Source of the DNA: Puia sp.
GTDB lineage: Bacteria; Bacteroidota; Bacteroidia; Chitinophagales; Chitinophagaceae
NCBI GenBank assembly: GCA_035501475.1
Contig: DATJWE010000230.1
Span: forward strand, 595-64,594
DNA: 64,000 nt
Direction: 5' to 3'
Made by a program: the position numbers and the translations under genes. Below are positions 53,295 through 63,056 of this stretch, one piece after another. Position 1 is the stretch's first letter, and each line of letters opens with the position of its first letter. The notes under the pieces were generated by a model. The model did no database searches. It was not told the DNA's origin and was given only the letters and a program-made list of their open reading frames with translations.

Positions 53295-53759
53295 ATGAAA
53301 GTTTTATTCATCTCCATTTCAATCATTCTCCTCCTGACCACTTTTACAGCCTGTGAACAACAAACTATTCCGAATAACAATCAGGCTTCAATCGATTCAT
53401 TAAAAAAAATGATTGAACAGCTCAAACCCGGCCTGGGTGAATACATGATTCAAATCAAATATCACCACGATGAACTCGCCAAAGCCATCGCGGCGAAAGA
53501 TTACGCAAGAGCTGCCTATGAAATCGATGAGATAAAAGAAACCACAGAAAAAATACAACAACTGAATATCACCAACGACAAACTACAACAGCCATTTGCC
53601 TTTTTTTATGATAAATACCTGAAAGCTCCGCTGGATATTCTTGCAGCTGCTGCAGCTAAAAAAGACGATGCTACCCTGCGTACAAATCTGGTTTCCCTAA
53701 CCAATAACTGTAACAGCTGTCATCATGAAAACAATATGAGTTTTATGAAAATACAATAA
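53295..53759 (+). CDS. Lipoprotein with a C-terminal CXXCH haem-binding motif (class II cytochrome c / c-prime-like four-helix protein)
   Basis: Lipobox TTFTAC, a helical Ala/Lys/Glu-rich body, and a single CNSCH at 53709-53723, 11 residues before the C-terminus. Confidence 0.6.
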   Translation: MKVLFISISIILLLTTFTACEQQTIPNNNQASIDSLKKMIEQLKPGLGEYMIQIKYHHDELAKAIAAKDYARAAYEIDEIKETTEKIQQLNITNDKLQQPFAFFYDKYLKAPLDILAAAAAKKDDATLRTNLVSLTNNCNSCHHENNMSFMKIQ

Positions 53760-53783
53760 CGGAGCGGGATATACGATGTTCCA

Positions 53784-54725
53784 TTAGCGAAGTAACAACT
53801 CGCAGGGTTTCAGCCCGGTATGTTTTTTAAAAGCTGTGGAAAAATGGGAGATCGAAGAATAGCCCAGCATGACAGACACTTCAGTAACACTCAATCCCTT
53901 TTCATAAAGCAGGTATCTGGCGTGTTCCATTCGCTGACCCTGATAAAAATCAAAAATAGTAGTCCCAAACATTTCTTTGAATCCTTTTTTCAAATAACAT
54001 TCATTGATGGCCACTTTCCGGCTCAGCTGTTTAATAGTGAGCGGCTCTCCTATATGACGTAACAATATTTCTCTCGCATTGGCTATCTTTTCCCGATCTG
54101 CTTCATTTGCCAGGAATTTACACTGAAAACTGTCTATCTCCTTTTCTCCTAACATACATTCCAGGCTGTATAATAACAACATTTGCGTTTGAGCATTAAT
54201 GTAGATATTTTCCATGCTCCCATTATAGCTGTGGTTGAGCAATGCTTCAAGCACCATTCGCGTCCTGGTGCAAAGCGACATTATCTTTGAAAAGGATGAA
54301 GGATGTTTGAAATGGAGAATATTTTCAGTAACAGAAGCCGCCAACTTACCCTGTTTTACAAACTGCGATAAATGAACGGGCGAAAACCTGAAGCTCAGCA
54401 CATCCACACTTTCTACCCGCTCAGCACAATTGCGCGATGAGGTCCATTTACAGGAATCACATTCCGTCTCTTTTTCCTTACAGTACACATTTCCTGCAAT
54501 ACAAAACCGCAATTCAAAATAATTTTCCTTTGGTTTATCCTTTTTGTAATGATATACCATCATGCCCAGATCGTCGAGGCTCCATTGCGGTCGTTTCATA
54601 TAACGCCTTATCGTGTATTGAACGGATCCCGGTATCTGGCATTCTCTTTCCTGCAGCAGGACCAATTCATCCTGCATAACAGGCTGTTTATAAGCCAACG
54701 ATAATATATCTGGCGGTTGATGCAC
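53784..54725 (-). CDS. AraC-family transcriptional regulator with a Cys-rich N-terminal domain
   Basis: C-terminal HTH_18 (LSVTEVSVMLGYSSISHFSTAFKKHTGLKPCE). The N-terminal part carries C-x6-C-x6-C-x2-C-x7-C. Confidence 0.85.
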   Translation of the reverse strand: MHQPPDILSLAYKQPVMQDELVLLQERECQIPGSVQYTIRRYMKRPQWSLDDLGMMVYHYKKDKPKENYFELRFCIAGNVYCKEKETECDSCKWTSSRNCAERVESVDVLSFRFSPVHLSQFVKQGKLAASVTENILHFKHPSSFSKIMSLCTRTRMVLEALLNHSYNGSMENIYINAQTQMLLLYSLECMLGEKEIDSFQCKFLANEADREKIANAREILLRHIGEPLTIKQLSRKVAINECYLKKGFKEMFGTTIFDFYQGQRMEHARYLLYEKGLSVTEVSVMLGYSSISHFSTAFKKHTGLKPCELLLR

Positions 54726-54890
54726 TTTCAGACGGCAAATTTAAGTCGTTAAAAGCAATAATCAATGTCTGGTTACTGTCATGATTTTGGCTCCCCGGCA
54801 CGGTTTTTTCAAAAAAAACATACTCCTTTTTGAATCAAAAAATATATGAAAATAAAGCTCAAAACCTCTCTCAAACGCCTTATTTTTTCG

Positions 54891-56951
<2,061 letters not shown>

Positions 56952-57045
56952 CCGAAAAGAAGCCTGAATCGGTTTGCTAATATTGTTTTACCTTTAGCTG
57001 GTGATCATCCTGGTGAACAATTACCAACCTTTAAAATTATAAGAG

Positions 57046-57249
57046 ATGTCGACAGTAACACTTACTGCATATAATGTAAAGACCAAAGAAAAAAATGTAC
57101 CTATCCTTGATGCAGTGATTACAAAAACAGCAAAAGGAGCTTATATGGCCCAGGGCCATGATGGCAAAGGCAACAAGCTGACTACTTTGCTGGGTGAAGA
57201 AAAAGCGATGGCTGCAATTAAAGCGGGCATCGCAAAGCAGGGCTGGTAA
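57046..57249 (+). CDS. Small conserved-looking hypothetical protein (67 aa)
   Basis: A clean ATG-to-TAA ORF encoding MSTVTLTAYNVKTKEKNVPILDAVITKTAKGAYMAQGHDGKGNKLTTLLGEEKAMAAIKAGIAKQGW. It has globular, non-repetitive composition, and I recognise no family. Confidence 0.5.
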   Translation: MSTVTLTAYNVKTKEKNVPILDAVITKTAKGAYMAQGHDGKGNKLTTLLGEEKAMAAIKAGIAKQGW

Positions 57250-57323
57250 TTATTTTTTGCGGGATTTATAAGAATAAACCTGGGATCCTTTCGAATCAAA
57301 AGATCGTTCAGATCAAAATGACT

Positions 57324-58523
57324 TTATACAAAGTCCAGATAAACAGCTCCACTGCCTAATATCTTCCCGTCATCACTGTCAAGCCATTTATTCAGGACAG
57401 TAGCATATACATTCTTAAAATCAATAGAATGTTTGAGATCGCCTTCATTCAGGTCGTTCAGATCCGGCATGGGGTTGATCAGCCCTTTTTGTTTTAATCC
57501 CCCGCTAATCATGAACATATTATTCGCAGTACCATGATCGGTTCCTCCGCTTGCGTTCTGGGATACCCTTCTTCCGAATTCTGAAAAAGTCATCAGCAAA
57601 ACATCCTGGAAACGATTGTTGGCTTTCAGGTCAGACACAAATGCTTTGACCGCATCATTCAGTTCAGTGAACAAACGCTGTTGCTGCGCCTGTTGATTGA
57701 CGTGAGTATCAAAGCTTCCCAAAGAAAGATAATAAACCTTGGTATTGATATCTGAAAAAATCAGGGAAGCGATAGTATGCAGGCTTTTTCCTAATTCGGT
57801 ATTCGGATAGGAAGCTGCAGAAGGACGCAATTTGCTTTGTTCAAAAATATAATCTGCGCTCGACAAAGTTTCCGCCATCACTTTGTACAGATATTCCGCT
57901 GGCTGATCATTTTCTTTGTTCACGTGATCTGATACCAGGTCCTTGAAATATTTCTCCTGGCTCGTATCATACAATCGACGCGGATCTTTCAACGCAATTC
58001 CTTTTACCTGGTCTCCTTTAAGAGCGAGACTTAAAATATCATCGATTTCCAATGCTTGTGTAGGCTTTTCACAGCCGGCACACTGCGCGTCGAGATATCT
58101 GCCCAGCCAACCGGTGGTTATATATTGATTGCTTTCACTCGCCGTTTGCCAGATATCCATACTGCGAAAATGTGAACGATCAGGATTCGGATATCCCACA
58201 CCGTTAAGAATACCCAGGCCGCCCTCATCATAAAGCTCTTTCAATGCACTCAGCGCAGGATGCAATCCTACTTCATCTGTAATGAGTAGTGATTTGCTTT
58301 TATCTATTCCTAATCCGGGACGAACCTTATAGTATATGTCGTTTCGGACCGGTATCACTGTATTCAATCCATCATTGCCACCGCTGCATTGCAGTACAAC
58401 CAATACCCTGTTTCCCGGCATTACCATCTTTGGCTGCTCCAACGCTTTTAAAAACTTCGGAAGCATAAAAGATGCTGTGGTCAGCGATCCCATCTGCAAA
58501 AAAGCTCTTCGTTTAATTAACAT
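57324..58523 (-). CDS. DUF1501-family (sulfatase-fold) protein with a Tat signal
   Basis: Twin-arginine MLIKRRAFLQMGSL and CSGGNDGLNTVIP. I prefer the ATG at 58523 to the longer ORF. Confidence 0.8.
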   Translation of the reverse strand: MLIKRRAFLQMGSLTTASFMLPKFLKALEQPKMVMPGNRVLVVLQCSGGNDGLNTVIPVRNDIYYKVRPGLGIDKSKSLLITDEVGLHPALSALKELYDEGGLGILNGVGYPNPDRSHFRSMDIWQTASESNQYITTGWLGRYLDAQCAGCEKPTQALEIDDILSLALKGDQVKGIALKDPRRLYDTSQEKYFKDLVSDHVNKENDQPAEYLYKVMAETLSSADYIFEQSKLRPSAASYPNTELGKSLHTIASLIFSDINTKVYYLSLGSFDTHVNQQAQQQRLFTELNDAVKAFVSDLKANNRFQDVLLMTFSEFGRRVSQNASGGTDHGTANNMFMISGGLKQKGLINPMPDLNDLNEGDLKHSIDFKNVYATVLNKWLDSDDGKILGSGAVYLDFV

Positions 58524-58537
58524 GCTTTGTGTTTTGA

Positions 58538-58631
58538 GCTGAACGCTTAATGCTAAATGCTTAACGCAAACAATTAATAAGCGTTCGGTCCTACGCATTC
58601 TGCGTTTTGCGTTCCGCGTTAAGCGTTCAGC
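58538..58631. repeat. 13-bp perfect inverted repeat GCTGAACGCTTAA / TTAAGCGTTCAGC bracketing the DUF1800-DUF1501 junction
   Basis: The arms lie at 58538-58550 and 58619-58631. There are extra GAACGCTTA/AACGC copies between them. The right arm overlaps the DUF1800 stop codon. Confidence 0.85.
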
Positions 58632-60096
58632 ATAATTGATATTCCGGCGTACTCATCAACTGTATCGTTGTGGACTTAATTCTGTTTTCCCTGCTGCCCG
58701 AGTCAATATATTTTGAAAAAGTATTTTCACTCACGCCCGATTTTGACTGTAATACTATTCCTGATATGGCTGCAGATAATTTATCGTCAGCAACTCCGTC
58801 GAATTTCTTTAGGTAAGTATCCCAGTTAATTTGGGCCCTGATCGCCTGACCTACCTTCACTTTACCAACTCCTTTCAGTTTTATTTTTTCTTCGGAGATA
58901 TCCTTCATACCCATCATCTGATCATCGTCATCCTTGGGCCTCATCGAAAATTCATCCGAGGCATATATGATTTGCGGAATACGGAGACGGAACATGAGCG
59001 TGGAACTGTCAATCCAGTTGGTGCCTCCGGGCCATCCGGCCACATTGGGCGGATAAAAAAGCAATTGGCCAAGCAATCTTTGCACGAGCAACTGCACTTC
59101 TTCATTTTCAATTTGCATGGGAAGCATTCTCCGGATGCCGACAATTAATTCGACAGGAGATTTGATGTGAGACCCAATATTATTCGTATCATAAAACCAT
59201 TCGCTGGTAAAAATATCTTCCATCAGGGACTTAATATCATAATGACTTTGATAGAAGCGGGAAGCAAGCCAGGATAGTTTCGACTCATCAACCGTATCGT
59301 TCACAAAAAACCGGTAAATTTTCTTTGTAATAAAAGCAGCTGTCTGTTTTTGCTCCAATAAAATATCGAGCACATCGTCTCCGTCAAAATTTCCTGTCTT
59401 ACCGAGTACCGTTTTGACACCGGTATCGTGCTGTTGCTTTCTGAAAACGAACTCTCCCTGCAGATTGGCTCCCCATCCGGTAAATGCCCTTGCAGCCTCC
59501 TTGACATCTTTCTCAGAATAATTTCCTCGTCCCATGGTAAACAACTCCATGACTTCACGGGCAAAATTTTCGTTGGGATGGTCTTTTTTATTCTGATTAT
59601 TATTAAGAAAATTGATCATTGCCGCGCTCTTACTCACTTCATGTAAGAGATCTCCAAAATTTCCCAGTGCATTTCTGCGGATGATATCCAACAGCAGTTG
59701 CTGATAAAAAATATTCAGGTTGTGCGAGGCAAAATGTCCATGCCAGAAGAGAGACATTTTTTCACGAAGCTGTGCATCGCTGTTCACCATTTCATTCAGC
59801 CAGGCCAGATTGAGGTTTTTAATATCCTCCTGCGATTGCTTGCGAACCTGCTTTTTCTGTTCTTCGGACAATTCATTTTTTTGAAGCCTGGCTACATCGC
59901 CCACTCCCATCACCAGTCCTTTCAGCATATTGTTTGCAACGTCGATATATTCTGGAGATTTAGACGATGCCTTCATGATCACTTTCAAATATGATTTTTG
60001 CGAAGCGTTGGGCAATTGGCTGATATCTTCAGCCATCGGACCAAAACCCGCCCTCCATAACAAATGCTGATTCTTTTGTTGATTGGTAACTGTCAT
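58627..60096 (-). CDS. DUF1800-family protein
   Basis: HLLWRAGFGP and MSLFWHGHFAS are DUF1800 hallmarks. It is paired with DUF1501, as is usual. Confidence 0.8.
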   Translation of the reverse strand: MTVTNQQKNQHLLWRAGFGPMAEDISQLPNASQKSYLKVIMKASSKSPEYIDVANNMLKGLVMGVGDVARLQKNELSEEQKKQVRKQSQEDIKNLNLAWLNEMVNSDAQLREKMSLFWHGHFASHNLNIFYQQLLLDIIRRNALGNFGDLLHEVSKSAAMINFLNNNQNKKDHPNENFAREVMELFTMGRGNYSEKDVKEAARAFTGWGANLQGEFVFRKQQHDTGVKTVLGKTGNFDGDDVLDILLEQKQTAAFITKKIYRFFVNDTVDESKLSWLASRFYQSHYDIKSLMEDIFTSEWFYDTNNIGSHIKSPVELIVGIRRMLPMQIENEEVQLLVQRLLGQLLFYPPNVAGWPGGTNWIDSSTLMFRLRIPQIIYASDEFSMRPKDDDDQMMGMKDISEEKIKLKGVGKVKVGQAIRAQINWDTYLKKFDGVADDKLSAAISGIVLQSKSGVSENTFSKYIDSGSRENRIKSTTIQLMSTPEYQLC

Positions 60097-60227
60097 TTCC
60101 CGGTTTTCTGTAAAATGTAAAGTCTGACCCGTTGGCCTTTGACTACTATTCCAACGTAAAGTTTAATAAAGAAATTTTGGAAGAGAAAGACATTAACAAA
60201 CCTGTCTATGACTACGGGCAGGATACC

Positions 60228-61499
60228 CTACTCAATAGAGGGGCTGCCAAAATAAGGATGCAATGATTTAGGCAGCGAAATCCCTTTTTCTGTCTGATGA
60301 TTTTCCAGCATGCATGCAATGATCCTGGGCAGTGCCAGTGAGCTGCCATTCAAAGAATGAACCAACTGTGTTTTCCCTTTTGCGTCTTTGAAACGAATTT
60401 TCATCCGGTTGGTTTGAAAAGTTTCAAAATTGGACACAGAACTCACTTCCAGCCATTTTTTTTGGGCTGCGCTGAACACTTCAAAATCATAAGTCAGTGC
60501 AGAGGCAAAGCTCATATCGCCTCCGCATAATTTTATAATCCGGTATTGCAATTCGAGCGACTGCAATAATTTTTCGACATGGCTGGTCATTTCTTCCAGC
60601 ACATTATAACTTTTTTCCGGGTGAGTAAGCTGAACAATTTCCACTTTATCAAACTGGTGAACACGGTTCAATCCCCGCACATCTTTCCCATAACTTCCGG
60701 CCTCTCTCCGGAAACAGGGAGTATAGGCAGTCATCTTAATCGGAAGCTCATTTTCTTTTACAATCACATCTCTATAAATATTGGTTACCGGAACTTCGGC
60801 TGTGGGTATCAGGTAGTACTGGTCTTCATTCACAAAATACATCTGGGCTTCTTTATCCGGCAGCTGGCCGGTTCCGAATGCGCTGGCTTCATTGACCATA
60901 TGCGGTGGAAGGTATTCGGTATATCCCGCTGCAGTATTATAATCCAGAAAATATTGAACGAGTGCGCGCACCAGCCTGGCTCCCTTATTCACGAAAAGAG
61001 GAAATCCGCTGCCCGTAATTTTATTTCCCAATTCAAAATCGATGAGATTGTATTTTTTTGCAAGATCCCAATGTGGAATGGCATGGGCATGCAATGCAGG
61101 CTCCGTTCCGCCCTGGCGGATAAGTTCATTCTCCTCCGGCGTTTTACCTGGAGGAACAGAAGCAGCAGGAATATTCGGCAGGGTTACCAATGCTTCATTC
61201 AACTGAAATTCAGTTTTGCTGAGTTGATCTGCAATTGGTCCAAGGCTTGACTTAAGCGATGCAACTTCCTTTTTTTTATTTTCAGCTGTTTCTTTCTCGC
61301 CTTTTGCAATTAGTTGGCCAATTTCTTTCGAAGCTGAATTTATTTTAGACTGTGTATTATCAGATTCCAATTGAAGTTTCTTGCGCTGATCATCCAGCAT
61401 CAGAATGGTATCAATCAAATCAAGTGATGCAAAATTTTTAATCGATAATCTTTGTTTTACCAGGCCCGGATGCTCGCGTATAAATGCCAGTTGTAACAT
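60228..61499 (-). CDS. serS: Serine--tRNA ligase
   Basis: MLQLAFIREHPGLVKQRL..., an N-terminal coiled-coil arm, and class II motifs (TPCFRREAGSYGKDVRGLNRVHQF; GSSLALPR). The start is at ATG 61499. Confidence 0.95.
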   Translation of the reverse strand: MLQLAFIREHPGLVKQRLSIKNFASLDLIDTILMLDDQRKKLQLESDNTQSKINSASKEIGQLIAKGEKETAENKKKEVASLKSSLGPIADQLSKTEFQLNEALVTLPNIPAASVPPGKTPEENELIRQGGTEPALHAHAIPHWDLAKKYNLIDFELGNKITGSGFPLFVNKGARLVRALVQYFLDYNTAAGYTEYLPPHMVNEASAFGTGQLPDKEAQMYFVNEDQYYLIPTAEVPVTNIYRDVIVKENELPIKMTAYTPCFRREAGSYGKDVRGLNRVHQFDKVEIVQLTHPEKSYNVLEEMTSHVEKLLQSLELQYRIIKLCGGDMSFASALTYDFEVFSAAQKKWLEVSSVSNFETFQTNRMKIRFKDAKGKTQLVHSLNGSSLALPRIIACMLENHQTEKGISLPKSLHPYFGSPSIE

Positions 61500-61514
61500 C
61501 TCACAAAATTTTCG

Positions 61515-61522
61515 CAAAGGTA
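61515..61522 (-). promoter_or_regulatory. -7 box TACCTTTG for serS
   Basis: TAnnTTTG on the minus strand, 15 nt from the ATG. The proximal tandem-repeat unit supplies a TTG 20 nt upstream. Confidence 0.4.
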
Positions 61523-61529
61523 GTTGGTG

Positions 61530-61592
61530 GTCGGGAGACCACCAACGGCAGTCGGGAGACCACCAACGGCAGTCGGGAGACCGCTAACGGCG
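61530..61592. repeat. Three tandem copies of a 21-bp unit (GTCGGGAGACCACCAACGGCA)
   Basis: Copies 1 and 2 are identical (61530-61550 and 61551-61571). Copy 3 (61572-61592) has 3 mismatches. Confidence 0.95.
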
Positions 61593-61705
61593 CGGGTGAT
61601 GACCTGTTGTCGATTGGAAGATCAACGGTTGCTGGCTAAGAGGTCACGAGTGAAAGAAAATCATTGACTCGTGTGAAAATCTTAATTTCAATAAAAATCT
61701 TTTTT

Positions 61706-62038
61706 ATGATTGAGCAAGGTATGATCACCAGCGGCATTGAACTGAGCGGATATCGCATCACAAAAAACCTGGGAATTGTGAGAGGCATAACAGTGCGTTC
61801 ACGGAGCCTGGTAGGTAATATTGCCGGGGGTTTGCAGAGTTTATTTGGCGGTCGTTTATCCGTCTACGTGGATTTGTGTGAAACTACCCGCGAAGAAGCG
61901 TTCCAGCACATGATGCAACATGCAGAAGAACGTGGGGCCAATGCGATTATCAGCATGCGATATGATGCCAATGAAGTGATGGATGGAATTACCGAAGTGC
62001 TTGCTTATGGTACCGCAGTCGTTGTCGAGCGGATTTAA
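61706..62038 (+). CDS. ybjQ: YbjQ/UPF0145-family protein
   Basis: MITSGIELSGYRITKNLGIVRGITVRS...ANAIISMRYD. The start is at ATG 61706 or 61721; the ORF opens at TTG 61664. Confidence 0.8.
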   Translation: MIEQGMITSGIELSGYRITKNLGIVRGITVRSRSLVGNIAGGLQSLFGGRLSVYVDLCETTREEAFQHMMQHAEERGANAIISMRYDANEVMDGITEVLAYGTAVVVERI

Positions 62039-62039
62039 T

Positions 62040-62486
62040 CTATGGCTTTTTATACAGGTTTTCCTGATGTCTTTGCATCCATCGGTCAACCTTGGTTAAG
62101 GGAACAAAACCGAATTGACTGTATAAGCCATGCGCATCTCGCGTGGCCAACATAAAGCGTCGCAGGCCTTGCAGGTCAGGATGGGACAGGATGACCTGCA
62201 TCAGTCTTTTACCCAGTCCCAGCCCGCGATATTCTTCTTCAATAAATACATCTGCCAGATAAGCAAAGGTAGCCAGGTCGGAAATTACTCTGGCAAACCC
62301 GATCTGCTTTTCACCATGATATACGCCAAAACACAGGGATCCTTCGATTGATTTGCGTACTGTTTCTATTGGAATATTTTCCGCCCAATAAGAAGTAGAA
62401 AGAAATTGATGAATATAGGGTGTATTGAGCCTGTACTTATCGATGGAGATCGCGAAATTATCTTTTTCCCATAAAGTATTTTTCAT
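62040..62486 (-). CDS. GNAT-family N-acetyltransferase
   Basis: Acetyl-CoA-binding motif FIEEEYRGLGLGKRLMQ. Confidence 0.85.
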   Translation of the reverse strand: MKNTLWEKDNFAISIDKYRLNTPYIHQFLSTSYWAENIPIETVRKSIEGSLCFGVYHGEKQIGFARVISDLATFAYLADVFIEEEYRGLGLGKRLMQVILSHPDLQGLRRFMLATRDAHGLYSQFGFVPLTKVDRWMQRHQENLYKKP

Positions 62487-62503
62487 ATAACAAAACTAAA
62501 ATA

Positions 62504-62530
62504 AAAAGGGCTGCTTCACTGCGCCCTTTT
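62504..62530 (-). terminator. Rho-independent terminator after the SnoaL-like gene
   Basis: AAAAGGGC-tGC...GCg-GCCCTTTT, with a T-tract on the minus strand. Confidence 0.6.
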
Positions 62531-62578
62531 TAAATTGTTCAGTCGGGAGTAATTGGCTTGCACCAAATGAAAAATAAT

Positions 62579-63019
62579 CTACGAGCCCAACTGGTGCATA
62601 AAATCCTGATGATCCCAACTGATCCGGATCTCATCGATTTTATTTTCTCCATTCAGATGGAAAATAAAAATATGATCACTGTCGAACCGAAGGCCTTTGC
62701 TTGGAATGCCTGCAAAATCTTTAGTCTGCGTTCCGCATATCACAACCTGGCAACGGACGGTATTTTCTCCTTCTGCAATTGCAGCATCTAATGTGTTATC
62801 AATATCCGGAAAAGCATCTATCAGGCCAGACCAGATCGCTCTGCCCAATTCTCCGATCTTTCCCCGACCTGCGTCGCCAAGTGGCTCGAAATACACGAGT
62901 CCTTCAGGATTACAGAAGCTCATCATTTTTTCAACGCTCTTTTGCTGATAAGCAAACATAAATTCAACACAGGCATTTTTCAGGCTTAATTCGCGTTCCT
63001 GTTGTATAAGTACTGACAT
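62579..63019 (-). CDS. SnoaL-like / NTF2-fold ester-cyclase family protein
   Basis: A 146-aa protein matching the SnoaL-like cyclase pattern: ...FAGIPSKGLRFDSDHIFIFHLNGENKIDEIRISWD. Confidence 0.7.
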   Translation of the reverse strand: MSVLIQQERELSLKNACVEFMFAYQQKSVEKMMSFCNPEGLVYFEPLGDAGRGKIGELGRAIWSGLIDAFPDIDNTLDAAIAEGENTVRCQVVICGTQTKDFAGIPSKGLRFDSDHIFIFHLNGENKIDEIRISWDHQDFMHQLGS

Positions 63020-63056
63020 AACAATTTATTTTATTGGTGAAAGATGAGTGATATTG

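Noticed and set aside
60579-61250. A 223-aa plus-strand ORF antisense to serS.
   Set aside because: serS is unambiguous on the other strand, and the antisense translation has no recognisable features.
61405-61587. A plus-strand ORF ending in SGDHQRQSGDHQRQSGDR, an apparently repeat-containing peptide.
   Set aside because: It is produced by translating the 21-bp tandem DNA repeat and the serS 5' end in antisense. It has no plausible start context.
61530-61592. Possible mini-CRISPR array.
   Set aside because: The three 21-bp units are directly adjacent with no spacers, and no cas genes are present in the window.
62036-62042. The stop codons of convergent ybjQ and the GNAT gene are separated by 1 nt, which could hint at a mis-assembly or a fused gene.
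   Set aside because: Both ORFs are complete and belong to families of normal length on opposite strands. Tight convergent packing is not unusual.
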